Assembly: GCA_963665665.1 (NCBI GenBank)
Contig: OY762428.1
Location: forward strand, 3,936,001-4,000,000
Direction of reading: 5' to 3'
Length of the DNA: 64,000 nucleotides
Source of the DNA: Candidatus Kapaibacterium sp.
Lineage (GTDB): Bacteria; Bacteroidota; Ignavibacteria; Kapaibacteriales; UBA2268
The position numbers were made by a program, and so were the translations under genes. Below are positions 20,613-30,332 of the stretch, piece after piece. Below the pieces are notes generated by a model that was not told the origin of the DNA, ran no database searches, and saw only the letters and a program-made list of their open reading frames with translations. Position 1 is the stretch's first letter. Every line of letters starts with the position of its first letter.

Positions 20613-21872
20613 ATGAAGAAACTAATTTTACTGGCAGCAATTTTATCATTTTTATTTTCTGCCGGGGCAAGGGCACAGGCCGATTCCCTCGTGATGTGGA
20701 CTTATGGAAATACAAGGTTTTCAACACAGCCGCGAGTACATCCCAACGGCAATGTTTTCATCGGAGATAATCAGGCAAATATAATGGAAATTGACGGTTT
20801 AACAGGAGAACTTATAAGAAAAATAGCTTTGCCTGCCGGAACAACAAGTTTGGAATTGTCTTTGGATGGTTCGAAAATGGCGGCGGCAGGATATATAATT
20901 GATGTAGAAAGTGGAGAAGTAATTAAAGCACATCCTGAAGCTTACAAGATAAAATTTCTCCATCCTGACAATTCTAAAATTATTTATGCACCTTTTAATC
21001 AGGCAGAATACAACTTCTTTGTATGGGATATTGAAACCGGGGAATCAGAAAGTTTTGATATCGGAAAAAAATTAATAACTGCGCTGGAAGTATCAAATAA
21101 CGGCAAATTCTTTGCAATTGCAACATTGGAAACCGGATACGATGACGAAGAACACACCCACTTCTACCTTTTCGATGCGCAAACAATGCAGTTTATTAAG
21201 GAACTGGAAGACTATCCTGACAATGGCAGAAGAATTGAGTATATTCAGTTTTCTGAAAATGCTAAGTATGTATGTTATGGGCAAAACAGGTTAGGTTCAA
21301 TAAAAGGTTCATTTTTCTTAACGGAAGCACCGTATTCCAAGTGGATGTTAATAACAGAAACAACCCCGCCTAAAGGTTTTTGGGGTTTAGGTCTGATTGA
21401 TGATAATTATGTTTTTGCAACATCAGATAATGGGCTTGATTTTTATTCAATTATATGGGATATTGATAATGAAAAAGAAATATATTTTTCATCAGAATAT
21501 GGTTCTTCAAATCCGCTATACAACTATGCAGCTAAAAATATAATTGTACACGATAATGGAAATCGTACTATTGTCGCCCTTGATTTCGAAAAAATCCTGA
21601 GTACCGTAGGCGTTAAAGATGAGTTGGATACAAACGCGTTCAGGGCTGAATACTCGGGCGGCATACTGACAATAAACGGACTTGAAAGCCAAAGCGTAGA
21701 AATCAACCTTACAATTAATAATATTCAGGGGGAAGTGGTTTTTTCTCAAAATATCGCTGCTGTTCATGGTTCGCAAATATCGTTGTCCGTATCATTGCCC
21801 TCGGGGGTTTATATTGCCCGAATCAGGACGGGAGAAAATAATTATTCCTCAAAATTTTTAGTGGTGAACTAA
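20613..21872 (+). CDS. T9SS-secreted WD40-like beta-propeller protein, copy 4
   Basis: Protein identical to copy 1. Confidence 0.85.
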   Translation: MKKLILLAAILSFLFSAGARAQADSLVMWTYGNTRFSTQPRVHPNGNVFIGDNQANIMEIDGLTGELIRKIALPAGTTSLELSLDGSKMAAAGYIIDVESGEVIKAHPEAYKIKFLHPDNSKIIYAPFNQAEYNFFVWDIETGESESFDIGKKLITALEVSNNGKFFAIATLETGYDDEEHTHFYLFDAQTMQFIKELEDYPDNGRRIEYIQFSENAKYVCYGQNRLGSIKGSFFLTEAPYSKWMLITETTPPKGFWGLGLIDDNYVFATSDNGLDFYSIIWDIDNEKEIYFSSEYGSSNPLYNYAAKNIIVHDNGNRTIVALDFEKILSTVGVKDELDTNAFRAEYSGGILTINGLESQSVEINLTINNIQGEVVFSQNIAAVHGSQISLSVSLPSGVYIARIRTGENNYSSKFLVVN

Positions 21873-22040
21873 CTCCGCCCCCGCTTTCAGCGCTGACAGG
21901 TTCAACATTGAAAGCGGCGGCTGGAAAAATGAAGAAAAAGCAGGGAATATTGAGACCAAATTGAATTTGATATGTTACTAACTATATATAAATAATACTA
22001 CCCGATGGTAGTAATGTAAAAACAATTATGGGGCTTTACC

Positions 22041-23300
22041 ATGAAAAAACTAATTTTATTCACAGCAATTTTATCATTTTTATTATCTGCCGGGGCAAGG
22101 GCACAGGCCGATTCCCTCGTGATGTGGACTTATGGAAATACAAGGTTTTCAACACAGCCGCGAGTACATCCCAACGGCAATGTTTTCATCGGAGATAATC
22201 AGGCAAATATAATGGAAATTGACGGTTTAACAGGAGAACTTATAAGAAAAATAGCTTTGCCTGCCGGAACAACAAGTTTGGAATTGTCTTTGGATGGTTC
22301 GAAAATGGCGGCGGCAGGATATATAATTGATGTAGAAAGTGGAGAAGTAATTAAAGCACATCCTGCAGCTTACAAGATAAAATTTCTCCATCCTGACAAT
22401 TCTAAAATTATTTATGCACCTTTTAATCAGGCAGAATACAACTTCTTTGTATGGGATATTGAAACCGGGGAATCAGAAAGTTTTGATATCGGAAAAAAAT
22501 TAATAACTGCGCTGGAAGTATCAAATAACGGCAAATTCTTTGCAATTGCAACATTGGAAACCGGATACGATGACGAAGAACACACCCACTTCTACCTTTT
22601 CGATGCGCAAACAATGCAGTTTATTAAGGAGCTTGAAGACTACCCTGCCAATGGCAGAAGAATTGAGTATATTCAGTTTTCTGAAAATGCTAAGTATGTA
22701 AGTTATGGACTTAATCATTCTGGCTCACCAAAAGCTGCCATTTTTTTAACGGAAACGCCGTATTCAGGGTGGATATTAAAAACTGAAACAACTCCGCCCA
22801 AAGGATTTTATGGATTAGGTATGATTGGTGATAAATATGTTTTTGCAACATCAGCTATTGGAAATGATTTTCATTCAATTATATGGGATATTGATAATGA
22901 AAAAGAAATATATTTTTCATCAGAATATGGTTCTTCAAATCCGCTATACAACTATGCAGCTAAAAATATAATTGTACACGATAATGGAAATTATACATTA
23001 GTCGCCCTTGATTTCGAAAAAATCCTTAGTACCGTGGGCGTTAAAGAAGAAGAGGATGCAAACGCGTTCAGGGCTGAATACTCTGGCGGGATACTGACAA
23101 TAAACGGGCTTGAAAGCCAAAGCGTAGAAATCAACCTTACAATTAATAATATTCAGGGGGAAGTGGTTTTTTCTCAAAATATTGCTGCTGTTCAGGGTTC
23201 GCAAATATCGTCGCCCGTATCATTGCCCTCGGGGGTTTATATTGCCCGGATCAGGACGGGAGAAAATAATTATTCCTCAAAATTTATCGTGGTTAACTAA
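22041..23300 (+). CDS. T9SS-secreted WD40-like beta-propeller protein, copy 5
   Basis: N-terminal half like copy 1, C-terminal half like copy 3. Confidence 0.85.
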   Translation: MKKLILFTAILSFLLSAGARAQADSLVMWTYGNTRFSTQPRVHPNGNVFIGDNQANIMEIDGLTGELIRKIALPAGTTSLELSLDGSKMAAAGYIIDVESGEVIKAHPAAYKIKFLHPDNSKIIYAPFNQAEYNFFVWDIETGESESFDIGKKLITALEVSNNGKFFAIATLETGYDDEEHTHFYLFDAQTMQFIKELEDYPANGRRIEYIQFSENAKYVSYGLNHSGSPKAAIFLTETPYSGWILKTETTPPKGFYGLGMIGDKYVFATSAIGNDFHSIIWDIDNEKEIYFSSEYGSSNPLYNYAAKNIIVHDNGNYTLVALDFEKILSTVGVKEEEDANAFRAEYSGGILTINGLESQSVEINLTINNIQGEVVFSQNIAAVQGSQISSPVSLPSGVYIARIRTGENNYSSKFIVVN

Positions 23301-23427
23301 GGGGTAAAAAATGAAAAAGATAATTCACAATAGTATTTATTGAACTAACCCCGCCCACGCTTTCAGCGCTGATAAGTTCAGGATTGAAAGCGGCGGCTGT
23401 CCCTCAACTCAACCATCATCCAATTCA

Positions 23428-23600
23428 ATAGCCACGTGCTTTAGCTCGTGGGTAAGGGAGGCAAAGAAAAAGAATCCACCCCGACTCGCTGCGCTCGCCA
23501 CCCCTCAACGAGGGGAATTTTCCGGAAGTCCATACCCGTCTGCTTGCGCAGACACCTCCTGCCTGTCCCGCTCCATCGGAAATAGATCGGAGTCGGCGAA
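23428..23600. repeat. REP-like palindromic cluster
   Basis: CCACGTGC-TTTA-GCTCGTGG; TCCACCCCG...CCCCTC-AAC-GAGGGGAA (inverted relative of 16013..16051); GTCTGC-TTGC-GCAGAC. Confidence 0.6.
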
Positions 23601-23660
23601 AGCTGGGAATTAAACAGATGCAAAACAATTTAAAAGTGTACCAAATAGGATTGTATTTTA

Positions 23661-25775
23661 TTATTCCACTACCAGCGGCCTGCCCTTAAAATTGCCATCA
23701 ATATCCAAAATGACGAGAATATAAACTCCTTTTGGTAATTCTCTAATATTCATCCGAAGATCATAACCGGCTGAAGTTAGCTGTTTGATATTTTTTTTCT
23801 TTACTACCTGTCCTGCAAGATTATAAATAATGATATCATTCAGGTAAATACTTTCATTAATTGTGATATTGATATTTTCATTTGCAGGAATCGGATAAAT
23901 GAAGAAGTCTTTACCAATTTTAGCAATTTCCGGATTATCTTCAACCGAAACGGGATCCGGTTTATATTTTACAATACCATTGCTTGTTGTAATCCAAAAA
24001 TATCCTTTTGAATCCTGAAATATATCCGTTAACCAATTTGAAGGCAAATTACTATTTAGAATATTAAATACTTTCCAGTCCTGCCGATCAAAGACAGCAA
24101 GGCCTTTATATTGAGAAGCAACCCAAATATTGTTCTGTATATCAGAAATTATTGAATTTACAAACTTACAGATACCAGGAATATCAAACGGGTAAGCCTT
24201 ATTCCAGGTTTGAACGTTAAATCGATATAATTGGTCACAGAATAAACCGACCCATAAATCGCCATTAGTTTCCCTAAAAATCGATCTGACCGGCTTGCCG
24301 TTCATAGTGCTGTCTGATACCGAAAATGCGGACCATTCGTTTCCGTTAAAACAAAGTAAACTGCGATTATACATTCCGAACCAGATATTTTTTTCCGAAT
24401 CTTCATAAATACTTGTTACTTTGATGTCAGGAATGTTACTATTAGCCGAATTAAATGTTACCCAGTTATAACCATCAAATCTGAAAATATTGTTTTCTTC
24501 ATCACTAATCCAGATATTATTTTTGGAATCAATGAAAAATGTATTGATCTTGATAAATGGATATCCATTTTCAGTTGAATCTAGCTGTATCAATTTATTT
24601 CCGGTAAGTTTGTAAATACTGTTTTCCGTGGCAAACCAAATATTTTTCGTATCGTCAATTTCGATTCCGAATATATAATTGTGGGGCAGGATTGTATCAG
24701 GCTTTAAATTATTCCATTTTCCATCCTGATAAAACATTATCTGATCTAAGAATTTCCCGGTCCAGATTGTTCCGTTTTTTCCTTCGAGTAGATAATTGAA
24801 ATGAGAATCCGGTAGAGCCGAATTACTAAGATTTCTTGCAGACCACTCGAGACCATCAAACTTATCAAGCATTCCATATGCATTACCAACCCAAATATTT
24901 CCAGCAGAATCAAAGTATAACGAATTAATACCATCATCTGATAATCCTGAATTATCTGAAGTAAAATTTATCCATTCGGAATTACTTTGTTTCAGGAGGC
25001 CTGATGATTTTGTTCCCAGCCATAAATTACCTTCCTTATCCTCGCTGATAGCAGTAATCTCGCAATCTGGAATATTAGAATTGCCATAAAATTGCACTGT
25101 CCAATGTCCATCATCGTACTTAGTTATACCTTTATCCGTGCCAAACCAGATGTTTCCTTTCGAATCACAATAGGCAGAATGAATTGAAAGACTCAACAAA
25201 GCTGAATTATTTTCATAAAAAGTCTTGAAGCTTTCTCCGTCATATTGTGTTACTCCTTTACTCGTTACAAACCATATATTACCGGATTTATCTCCGAAAA
25301 TTTTTGTAACTCTTCTGTCGGCAAGCCCATCTTCAGTAGAATAGCAAGTAGTATCTTTTCCATCGTAAAAAATTACACCGTGATTATCTGTACCAAACCA
25401 GAAATTTTGATCCGAATCAATATAGAAACATATAGGATATCCATAGGTATCAGAATATTGTGATAATATATCAAATTTTAAATTTTCTGTATTCATCCTA
25501 TATAGATATCTTCCAAATAAAAATATTTCATTGTTTTCATTTATTTGAATATCATGAAAATTATAAGATTTCAGATCTGTATTTGTAGGATTGTAATGAC
25601 TTATGGTTTCGCTTGTTTTATCCATTCTAACCAGCCCTTTGTCCGTTGCAAACCAAATATAATTTCCATTTTCAAGAATGTCATCTATATTTTGTATTTT
25701 ACTGTAAACAGTCCACTCCTCAGCGTGGATATATGATACAAATACAATCATTAATAAAATTGTAAGTCTTTTCAT
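23661..25775 (-). CDS. T9SS-secreted protein with two-component-regulator propeller (Reg_prop) repeats
   Basis: Signal peptide; repeated DSxGNIWxGT blades; C-terminal SVE...IYPIPA...YNLAGQ...LPKGVY. Confidence 0.9.
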   Translation of the reverse strand: MKRLTILLMIVFVSYIHAEEWTVYSKIQNIDDILENGNYIWFATDKGLVRMDKTSETISHYNPTNTDLKSYNFHDIQINENNEIFLFGRYLYRMNTENLKFDILSQYSDTYGYPICFYIDSDQNFWFGTDNHGVIFYDGKDTTCYSTEDGLADRRVTKIFGDKSGNIWFVTSKGVTQYDGESFKTFYENNSALLSLSIHSAYCDSKGNIWFGTDKGITKYDDGHWTVQFYGNSNIPDCEITAISEDKEGNLWLGTKSSGLLKQSNSEWINFTSDNSGLSDDGINSLYFDSAGNIWVGNAYGMLDKFDGLEWSARNLSNSALPDSHFNYLLEGKNGTIWTGKFLDQIMFYQDGKWNNLKPDTILPHNYIFGIEIDDTKNIWFATENSIYKLTGNKLIQLDSTENGYPFIKINTFFIDSKNNIWISDEENNIFRFDGYNWVTFNSANSNIPDIKVTSIYEDSEKNIWFGMYNRSLLCFNGNEWSAFSVSDSTMNGKPVRSIFRETNGDLWVGLFCDQLYRFNVQTWNKAYPFDIPGICKFVNSIISDIQNNIWVASQYKGLAVFDRQDWKVFNILNSNLPSNWLTDIFQDSKGYFWITTSNGIVKYKPDPVSVEDNPEIAKIGKDFFIYPIPANENINITINESIYLNDIIIYNLAGQVVKKKNIKQLTSAGYDLRMNIRELPKGVYILVILDIDGNFKGRPLVVE

Positions 25776-25978
25776 GGCTAAGCCTCTCTATTATAAATAG
25801 TAATAATAATAGGACAAGATAAATATATAAATTCAAACAAGCAAGAATTATTTTTCATAAATATAAATATTTACAAGCATTTATTTAAAGCATCCCCTAT
25901 ATGTCAATATTCCTTAAATATCATAAAAAAAGCCGCCCTTCAGGACAGCTCTTTTTAAACTTATTTTATTGTCATTTT

Positions 25979-26434
25979 TTACTCTGCTGCAAATGGCTTC
26001 AGGCGGGAATAGTCGTCGCCGAGAACAACCGTGCAGTGAAGGAAAAGATTGGAGTCAATTTTTGATACTACCATTGAATCGCTGATTCCCAATGCGTAGG
26101 CCACTTTTTTTGCCGATTCAATATTTCCTAATCTGTCAATAACCATTGATTTTGCAGCTTTGTCCTTGTTGTTTCCTATTTCTACAACGTCGAAGCCGCG
26201 ATAACGCATAAATTCTTTTGTCCCGGCGGCAAGGCCCGCTACTCCGCATCCATTCATAATATTTACCTGGATAACTTCCTCAAGGTCTTCGGTATATTCT
26301 CCCGAAGACGGGTCTACCGGCGGTGATATTATCATACGTGATACAAAGGAGCTTAGCATGGCAATAACAATAATTGAAAACAACCCGAGGAATACCCAGC
26401 TTGCAATTTCTTTTCCGTCTCCGAATCTGAACAT
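25979..26434 (-). CDS. LytR C-terminal domain-containing membrane protein
   Basis: One TM helix, then IQVNIMNGCGVAGLA...GFDVVEIGN...TVVLGDD. Confidence 0.85.
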   Translation of the reverse strand: MFRFGDGKEIASWVFLGLFSIIVIAMLSSFVSRMIISPPVDPSSGEYTEDLEEVIQVNIMNGCGVAGLAAGTKEFMRYRGFDVVEIGNNKDKAAKSMVIDRLGNIESAKKVAYALGISDSMVVSKIDSNLFLHCTVVLGDDYSRLKPFAAE

Positions 26435-26581
26435 TTTTTCTCCGTATTTAATTATTAAAAACTAAGACTGAATAATCAATTACTATGCCACAGAATCTGC
26501 CGGGCTTTACTAAACTATTATTTTGCGGTAAATAAAATCATGATTAAATTACCGACCATTGTAAAATATAGAAGTGCAAAA

Positions 26582-27859
26582 ATGAAAGCTTATAGGGGCA
26601 TAATATTAAGCGGGAAATCGGCTGGTGAAGTAAAAATCTTCCGGGACGGCTTGCTGCTCGTGGATGGAGAGGGAAAAATACAATTCTGCGGTGACTTCCG
26701 GAAATCCGGTATTGATACGAAAAGATACAAAATCGAAACTGTTGGATTAATCCTTCCCGGTTTTATTGATATGCATACGCACCTTCCACAATTCAGGGCT
26801 GTTGGTATGGGTGGCGGCCAGCTTCTTGAATGGCTCGTGAACCATATCTTTCCCCTTGAATCCAATTATTCCGATAATAGCTATGCCCAAAAAGAATCGG
26901 GTATTTTCTTTGAAAAGATAATCCGCGAAGGGACAACAACAGCAGTAATTTATTCAGCCCCATTCGAAAGAGCGTGCGATATAGCTTTCCAGTCTGCTGA
27001 AAAATGCGGGATCAGAGCCTTCACAGGCCGGACAATGATGGATATAAACTCACCGGTTGATTTAATGGATAAAACCGATTCCATACTGGAAAGTGTTAAA
27101 TCTCTGATTTCAAAATGGCACGGGCATGATTCGGGAAGATTGAACTATATCCTTACGCCGCGATTTGCCGGGAGTTGCTCCACCAGTTTAATGAAAAAAT
27201 GCGCTGAAATTTCTAATTCGGAAAATATTTTCGTACAAACTCATTTATCCGAGAATAGAAAAGAACTCGAACTGATGAAGGAATTGCATCCGGGTTATAA
27301 AAATTACACTGATATTTATGACAAATCAGGCTTAATAGGTGATAAAACACTTCTTGCACACGGCATATACCTTAGTGATGAAGAATTGAAAATAATCAAA
27401 GACAAAGGGGCTGCAATTGTTCATTGCCCGGCATCAAACAGCTATTTGTCCAGCGGAATAATGCCCTTGTCGGATTATATTAATAGAAAGATAAAAATTG
27501 GTATTGGTACTGATATTGCAGGCGGCTGGAACTTTTCAATGCTTGATGAAGGGCGGGAGGCACTGGAATCAGCAAAAAAACTTGCTGCGATTAAAAATAT
27601 TGATAATGAAATAAATCTAAGAAGCATATTTAATATGATAACTATTAATGCCGCTGAAACCCTTGGAATAAACAATGTTACCGGCAGCCTTGAGAATGGC
27701 AAAGATGCAGATTTTTTAACTGCTGATTTTTCAGAAAAAATCAATGCCGTCAAAATAGATACAGATGAACTGCTATCGCTCCTTTTCTATCGGAAACAGG
27801 ATTATAATATAACCGGTATTTATGTCAGGGGGAGAAATATATCAATAAAAATGGATTAA
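26582..27859 (+). CDS. guaD: Guanine deaminase (amidohydrolase)
   Basis: LPGFIDMHTHLPQ, LLEWL, TPRFA.SCS, QTHLSEN, AHGIYL, HCPASN, GTDIAGG. Confidence 0.9.
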   Translation: MKAYRGIILSGKSAGEVKIFRDGLLLVDGEGKIQFCGDFRKSGIDTKRYKIETVGLILPGFIDMHTHLPQFRAVGMGGGQLLEWLVNHIFPLESNYSDNSYAQKESGIFFEKIIREGTTTAVIYSAPFERACDIAFQSAEKCGIRAFTGRTMMDINSPVDLMDKTDSILESVKSLISKWHGHDSGRLNYILTPRFAGSCSTSLMKKCAEISNSENIFVQTHLSENRKELELMKELHPGYKNYTDIYDKSGLIGDKTLLAHGIYLSDEELKIIKDKGAAIVHCPASNSYLSSGIMPLSDYINRKIKIGIGTDIAGGWNFSMLDEGREALESAKKLAAIKNIDNEINLRSIFNMITINAAETLGINNVTGSLENGKDADFLTADFSEKINAVKIDTDELLSLLFYRKQDYNITGIYVRGRNISIKMD

Positions 27860-27961
27860 AATCGCTTTACCGAATATGATATTTGCCTGTTTTTTTTTAT
27901 CTTATTTTTTTGAAAATAGCTTACTTTACCAAAAGAATATAATTTCTAAAAAGATGATATA

Positions 27962-29743
27962 ATGGATGAAAATATTAAAATCGAAGAATTTGTAGTTACT
28001 GCCAGAAAATTCCGTCCTATGCGGTTTTCAGACGTTGTCGGGCAGGATCATGTTACGAAAACACTGCAAAATTCAATAAAGAACAACCGTGTGCACCATG
28101 CTTTTCTGTTCTGCGGCCCGCGCGGAGTCGGTAAAACTACTACCGCGAGGATACTTGCCAGGGCGCTGAACTGCCTTTCCCCGGTGAACAACGAACCATG
28201 CAACGAGTGTGATAATTGCAAAGCTGTGATAAACAACCGTTCCATGGATATAATTGAAATTGACGGCGCTTCGAATAATGGTGTGGATGATATCAGGAAT
28301 CTGCGGGAGAATGCAAAATACCCTCCGGTGAACGGTAAGTATAAAATGTATATTATCGATGAAGTGCACATGCTGTCAAAATCTGCATTCAATGCGCTGC
28401 TGAAAATACTTGAGGAACCCCCGAAACATCTTCTGTTTGTTTTTGCAACAACTGAATCCCACAAGGTTCTGCCTACAATAATCAGCCGCTGCCAACGATA
28501 TGATTTCCGACGGATGGAAATTAACGACATAATTAAGCAGCTGTCCTTTATTGCAAAACGTGAAAATATTACAATCGAAGAAGAGGCCCTTGTTACTATA
28601 GCAAAAAAAGCTGACGGCTCAATGCGCGATTCCGAGAGTATATTCGACCAGGTAGTGGCATTCTGCGGAAAAGATATTAAATATTCAGATATGGCCGAAT
28701 CGCTAAACCTTATCGATGTGGATTTCTTCTTCAGGATAAGTGATGCTATCGCAGGAAAGAATATTTCTGAAATGTTCAATATTACCCGGGAAGTCGTCAG
28801 AAAAGGATATGACCTTCAGGAATGTCTCCATGGTATTCTGGAACACTTCAGGAATTTGCTTACGATAAAAGTTACCAACGATACCTCGCTAATTGAGAGT
28901 TCAGAATCTTATCTTGAAAAATATAGAGCAAGCGCCCTGGAATTTACCAAAACAGATATTCTCAGGGTTTTGAACCTCGTTGTTAGTACCGACCAGGAAA
29001 TCAGGTTTGCCCCGCAGCCAAAAATACGTTTTGAACTTTCCCTGGTACAGCTTGCGTCGATTGATAAGGGGCATGAGATAACGGAATTACTTGCCCAACT
29101 AAAAAATCTTCAAAAACACGGGCCTGCCAATACGGATTCAGGAACAACAATATCTCATGCAAGAGAAATTTCAGAAGTTTACAGCGCTGCACCAACAAGT
29201 CCGCCGCCAATTAATCAGAATAAAGAAAAAACAGAACTATCAGCACATGCAACCCCGCCGGATTTGCTGAAAAAAGAAGAACCTGCCGTTGAAAATACTA
29301 AGCCTGAGTCAGCTCAGGATATTGAACCGGAAAATGTTCCTGAACCGCAAAAAAATCCGGACTGGGCGGGTTTTCTTCAAAAATATGGAAGCTCGGCTTA
29401 TGGATTGACTCTTCTTTCAAGCATGGAAACTGATTTCAGGGATAACTGCCTTGTAATTAATTGCCGCTCTGATTTCGAGGACGATAGCATTAAGCAGAAT
29501 AAATCCAAACTGATAGAGTTGCTGAATGATTATTTTGGCAAAAAGATCGATTTGATCATTAGTTGTCCGGGAACTGATACCGGGTCGAAAAATTCCAAAA
29601 ATAATGAAGTGGATAACACGGATATTAATTCAGCTTCGTCACAAAATAATGAATCCGGGCAAGATAATGATAATAAAGGCCGGCATCCGGTTGAAAAGAA
29701 AATAATTGAATTATTTGATGCCCGCGAGATCAGAGTGAATTAG
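27962..29743 (+). CDS. dnaX: DNA polymerase III subunit gamma/tau
   Basis: ARKFRP, GPRGVGKTT, Zn cluster, EIDGASN, IIDEVHML, ISRCQ. Confidence 0.97.
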   Translation: MDENIKIEEFVVTARKFRPMRFSDVVGQDHVTKTLQNSIKNNRVHHAFLFCGPRGVGKTTTARILARALNCLSPVNNEPCNECDNCKAVINNRSMDIIEIDGASNNGVDDIRNLRENAKYPPVNGKYKMYIIDEVHMLSKSAFNALLKILEEPPKHLLFVFATTESHKVLPTIISRCQRYDFRRMEINDIIKQLSFIAKRENITIEEEALVTIAKKADGSMRDSESIFDQVVAFCGKDIKYSDMAESLNLIDVDFFFRISDAIAGKNISEMFNITREVVRKGYDLQECLHGILEHFRNLLTIKVTNDTSLIESSESYLEKYRASALEFTKTDILRVLNLVVSTDQEIRFAPQPKIRFELSLVQLASIDKGHEITELLAQLKNLQKHGPANTDSGTTISHAREISEVYSAAPTSPPPINQNKEKTELSAHATPPDLLKKEEPAVENTKPESAQDIEPENVPEPQKNPDWAGFLQKYGSSAYGLTLLSSMETDFRDNCLVINCRSDFEDDSIKQNKSKLIELLNDYFGKKIDLIISCPGTDTGSKNSKNNEVDNTDINSASSQNNESGQDNDNKGRHPVEKKIIELFDAREIRVN

Positions 29744-29772
29744 AATGTTGAATTAAAATACAGGATATAACA

Positions 29773-30249
29773 ATGGCTCTTGAAATTGGAACAAAAGCTC
29801 CGGAATTTTCCGCTGAAATAGATGGCGGAGAAAAAATTAATATTAGTGATTACAAAGGAAAATGGGTTGTTCTTTATTTCTACCCAAAGGATAATACTCC
29901 CGGCTGCACGAAAGAAGCCTGTTCGTTCAACGATAACCTTGATGCTCTAACTGAACTCGGAGCTGAAGTTATCGGAATCAGCCCCGACAGTGTAAAATCT
30001 CATGATAAATTCAAGGAAAAATTTAACCTGAATTTCCATCTTGTTTCCGATCCTGAAAAAGAAATCTGCAAATCTTATGATATTCTTGGCGAGAAATCCA
30101 TGTTTGGCAAGAAATATTTCGGAGTGATCCGCTCCACTTATATCATCGATCCGGATGGAAACATTGCAAAAGTTTATAAAAAAGTAAAAGTTGCCGGCCA
30201 CACGGAAAAGGTAATGGAAGATTTGAAAAAATTGCAGGAAAATAAATAA
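29773..30249 (+). CDS. bcp: Thioredoxin-dependent peroxiredoxin BCP
   Basis: YFYPKDNTPGCTKEAC. Confidence 0.95.
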   Translation: MALEIGTKAPEFSAEIDGGEKINISDYKGKWVVLYFYPKDNTPGCTKEACSFNDNLDALTELGAEVIGISPDSVKSHDKFKEKFNLNFHLVSDPEKEICKSYDILGEKSMFGKKYFGVIRSTYIIDPDGNIAKVYKKVKVAGHTEKVMEDLKKLQENK

Positions 30250-30332
30250 TTATATTATTTTTGTAATCATGTGCCGGGAAATTTATAATAAATAGTTGTT
30301 TTTGATATTATCCCGAAAAAATATTCAATACG

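Larger units (their letters stand above)
16221..23400 (+). repeat. Tandem array of five ~1.43 kb units (upstream region + gene + hairpin)
   Basis: Start-to-start spacings 1428, 1436, 1437, 1428 bp; near-identical intergenic spacers. Confidence 0.97.

Noticed and set aside
16312-23300. Diversity-generating retroelement or shufflon
   Set aside because: No reverse transcriptase or invertase in the window; differences are block-wise rather than adenine-specific, and all copies are co-oriented.
29260-29285. Programmed -1 frameshift site in dnaX
   Set aside because: The A run is phased CTG AAA AAA GAA rather than A AAA AAG, and I saw no clear downstream stimulatory hairpin.
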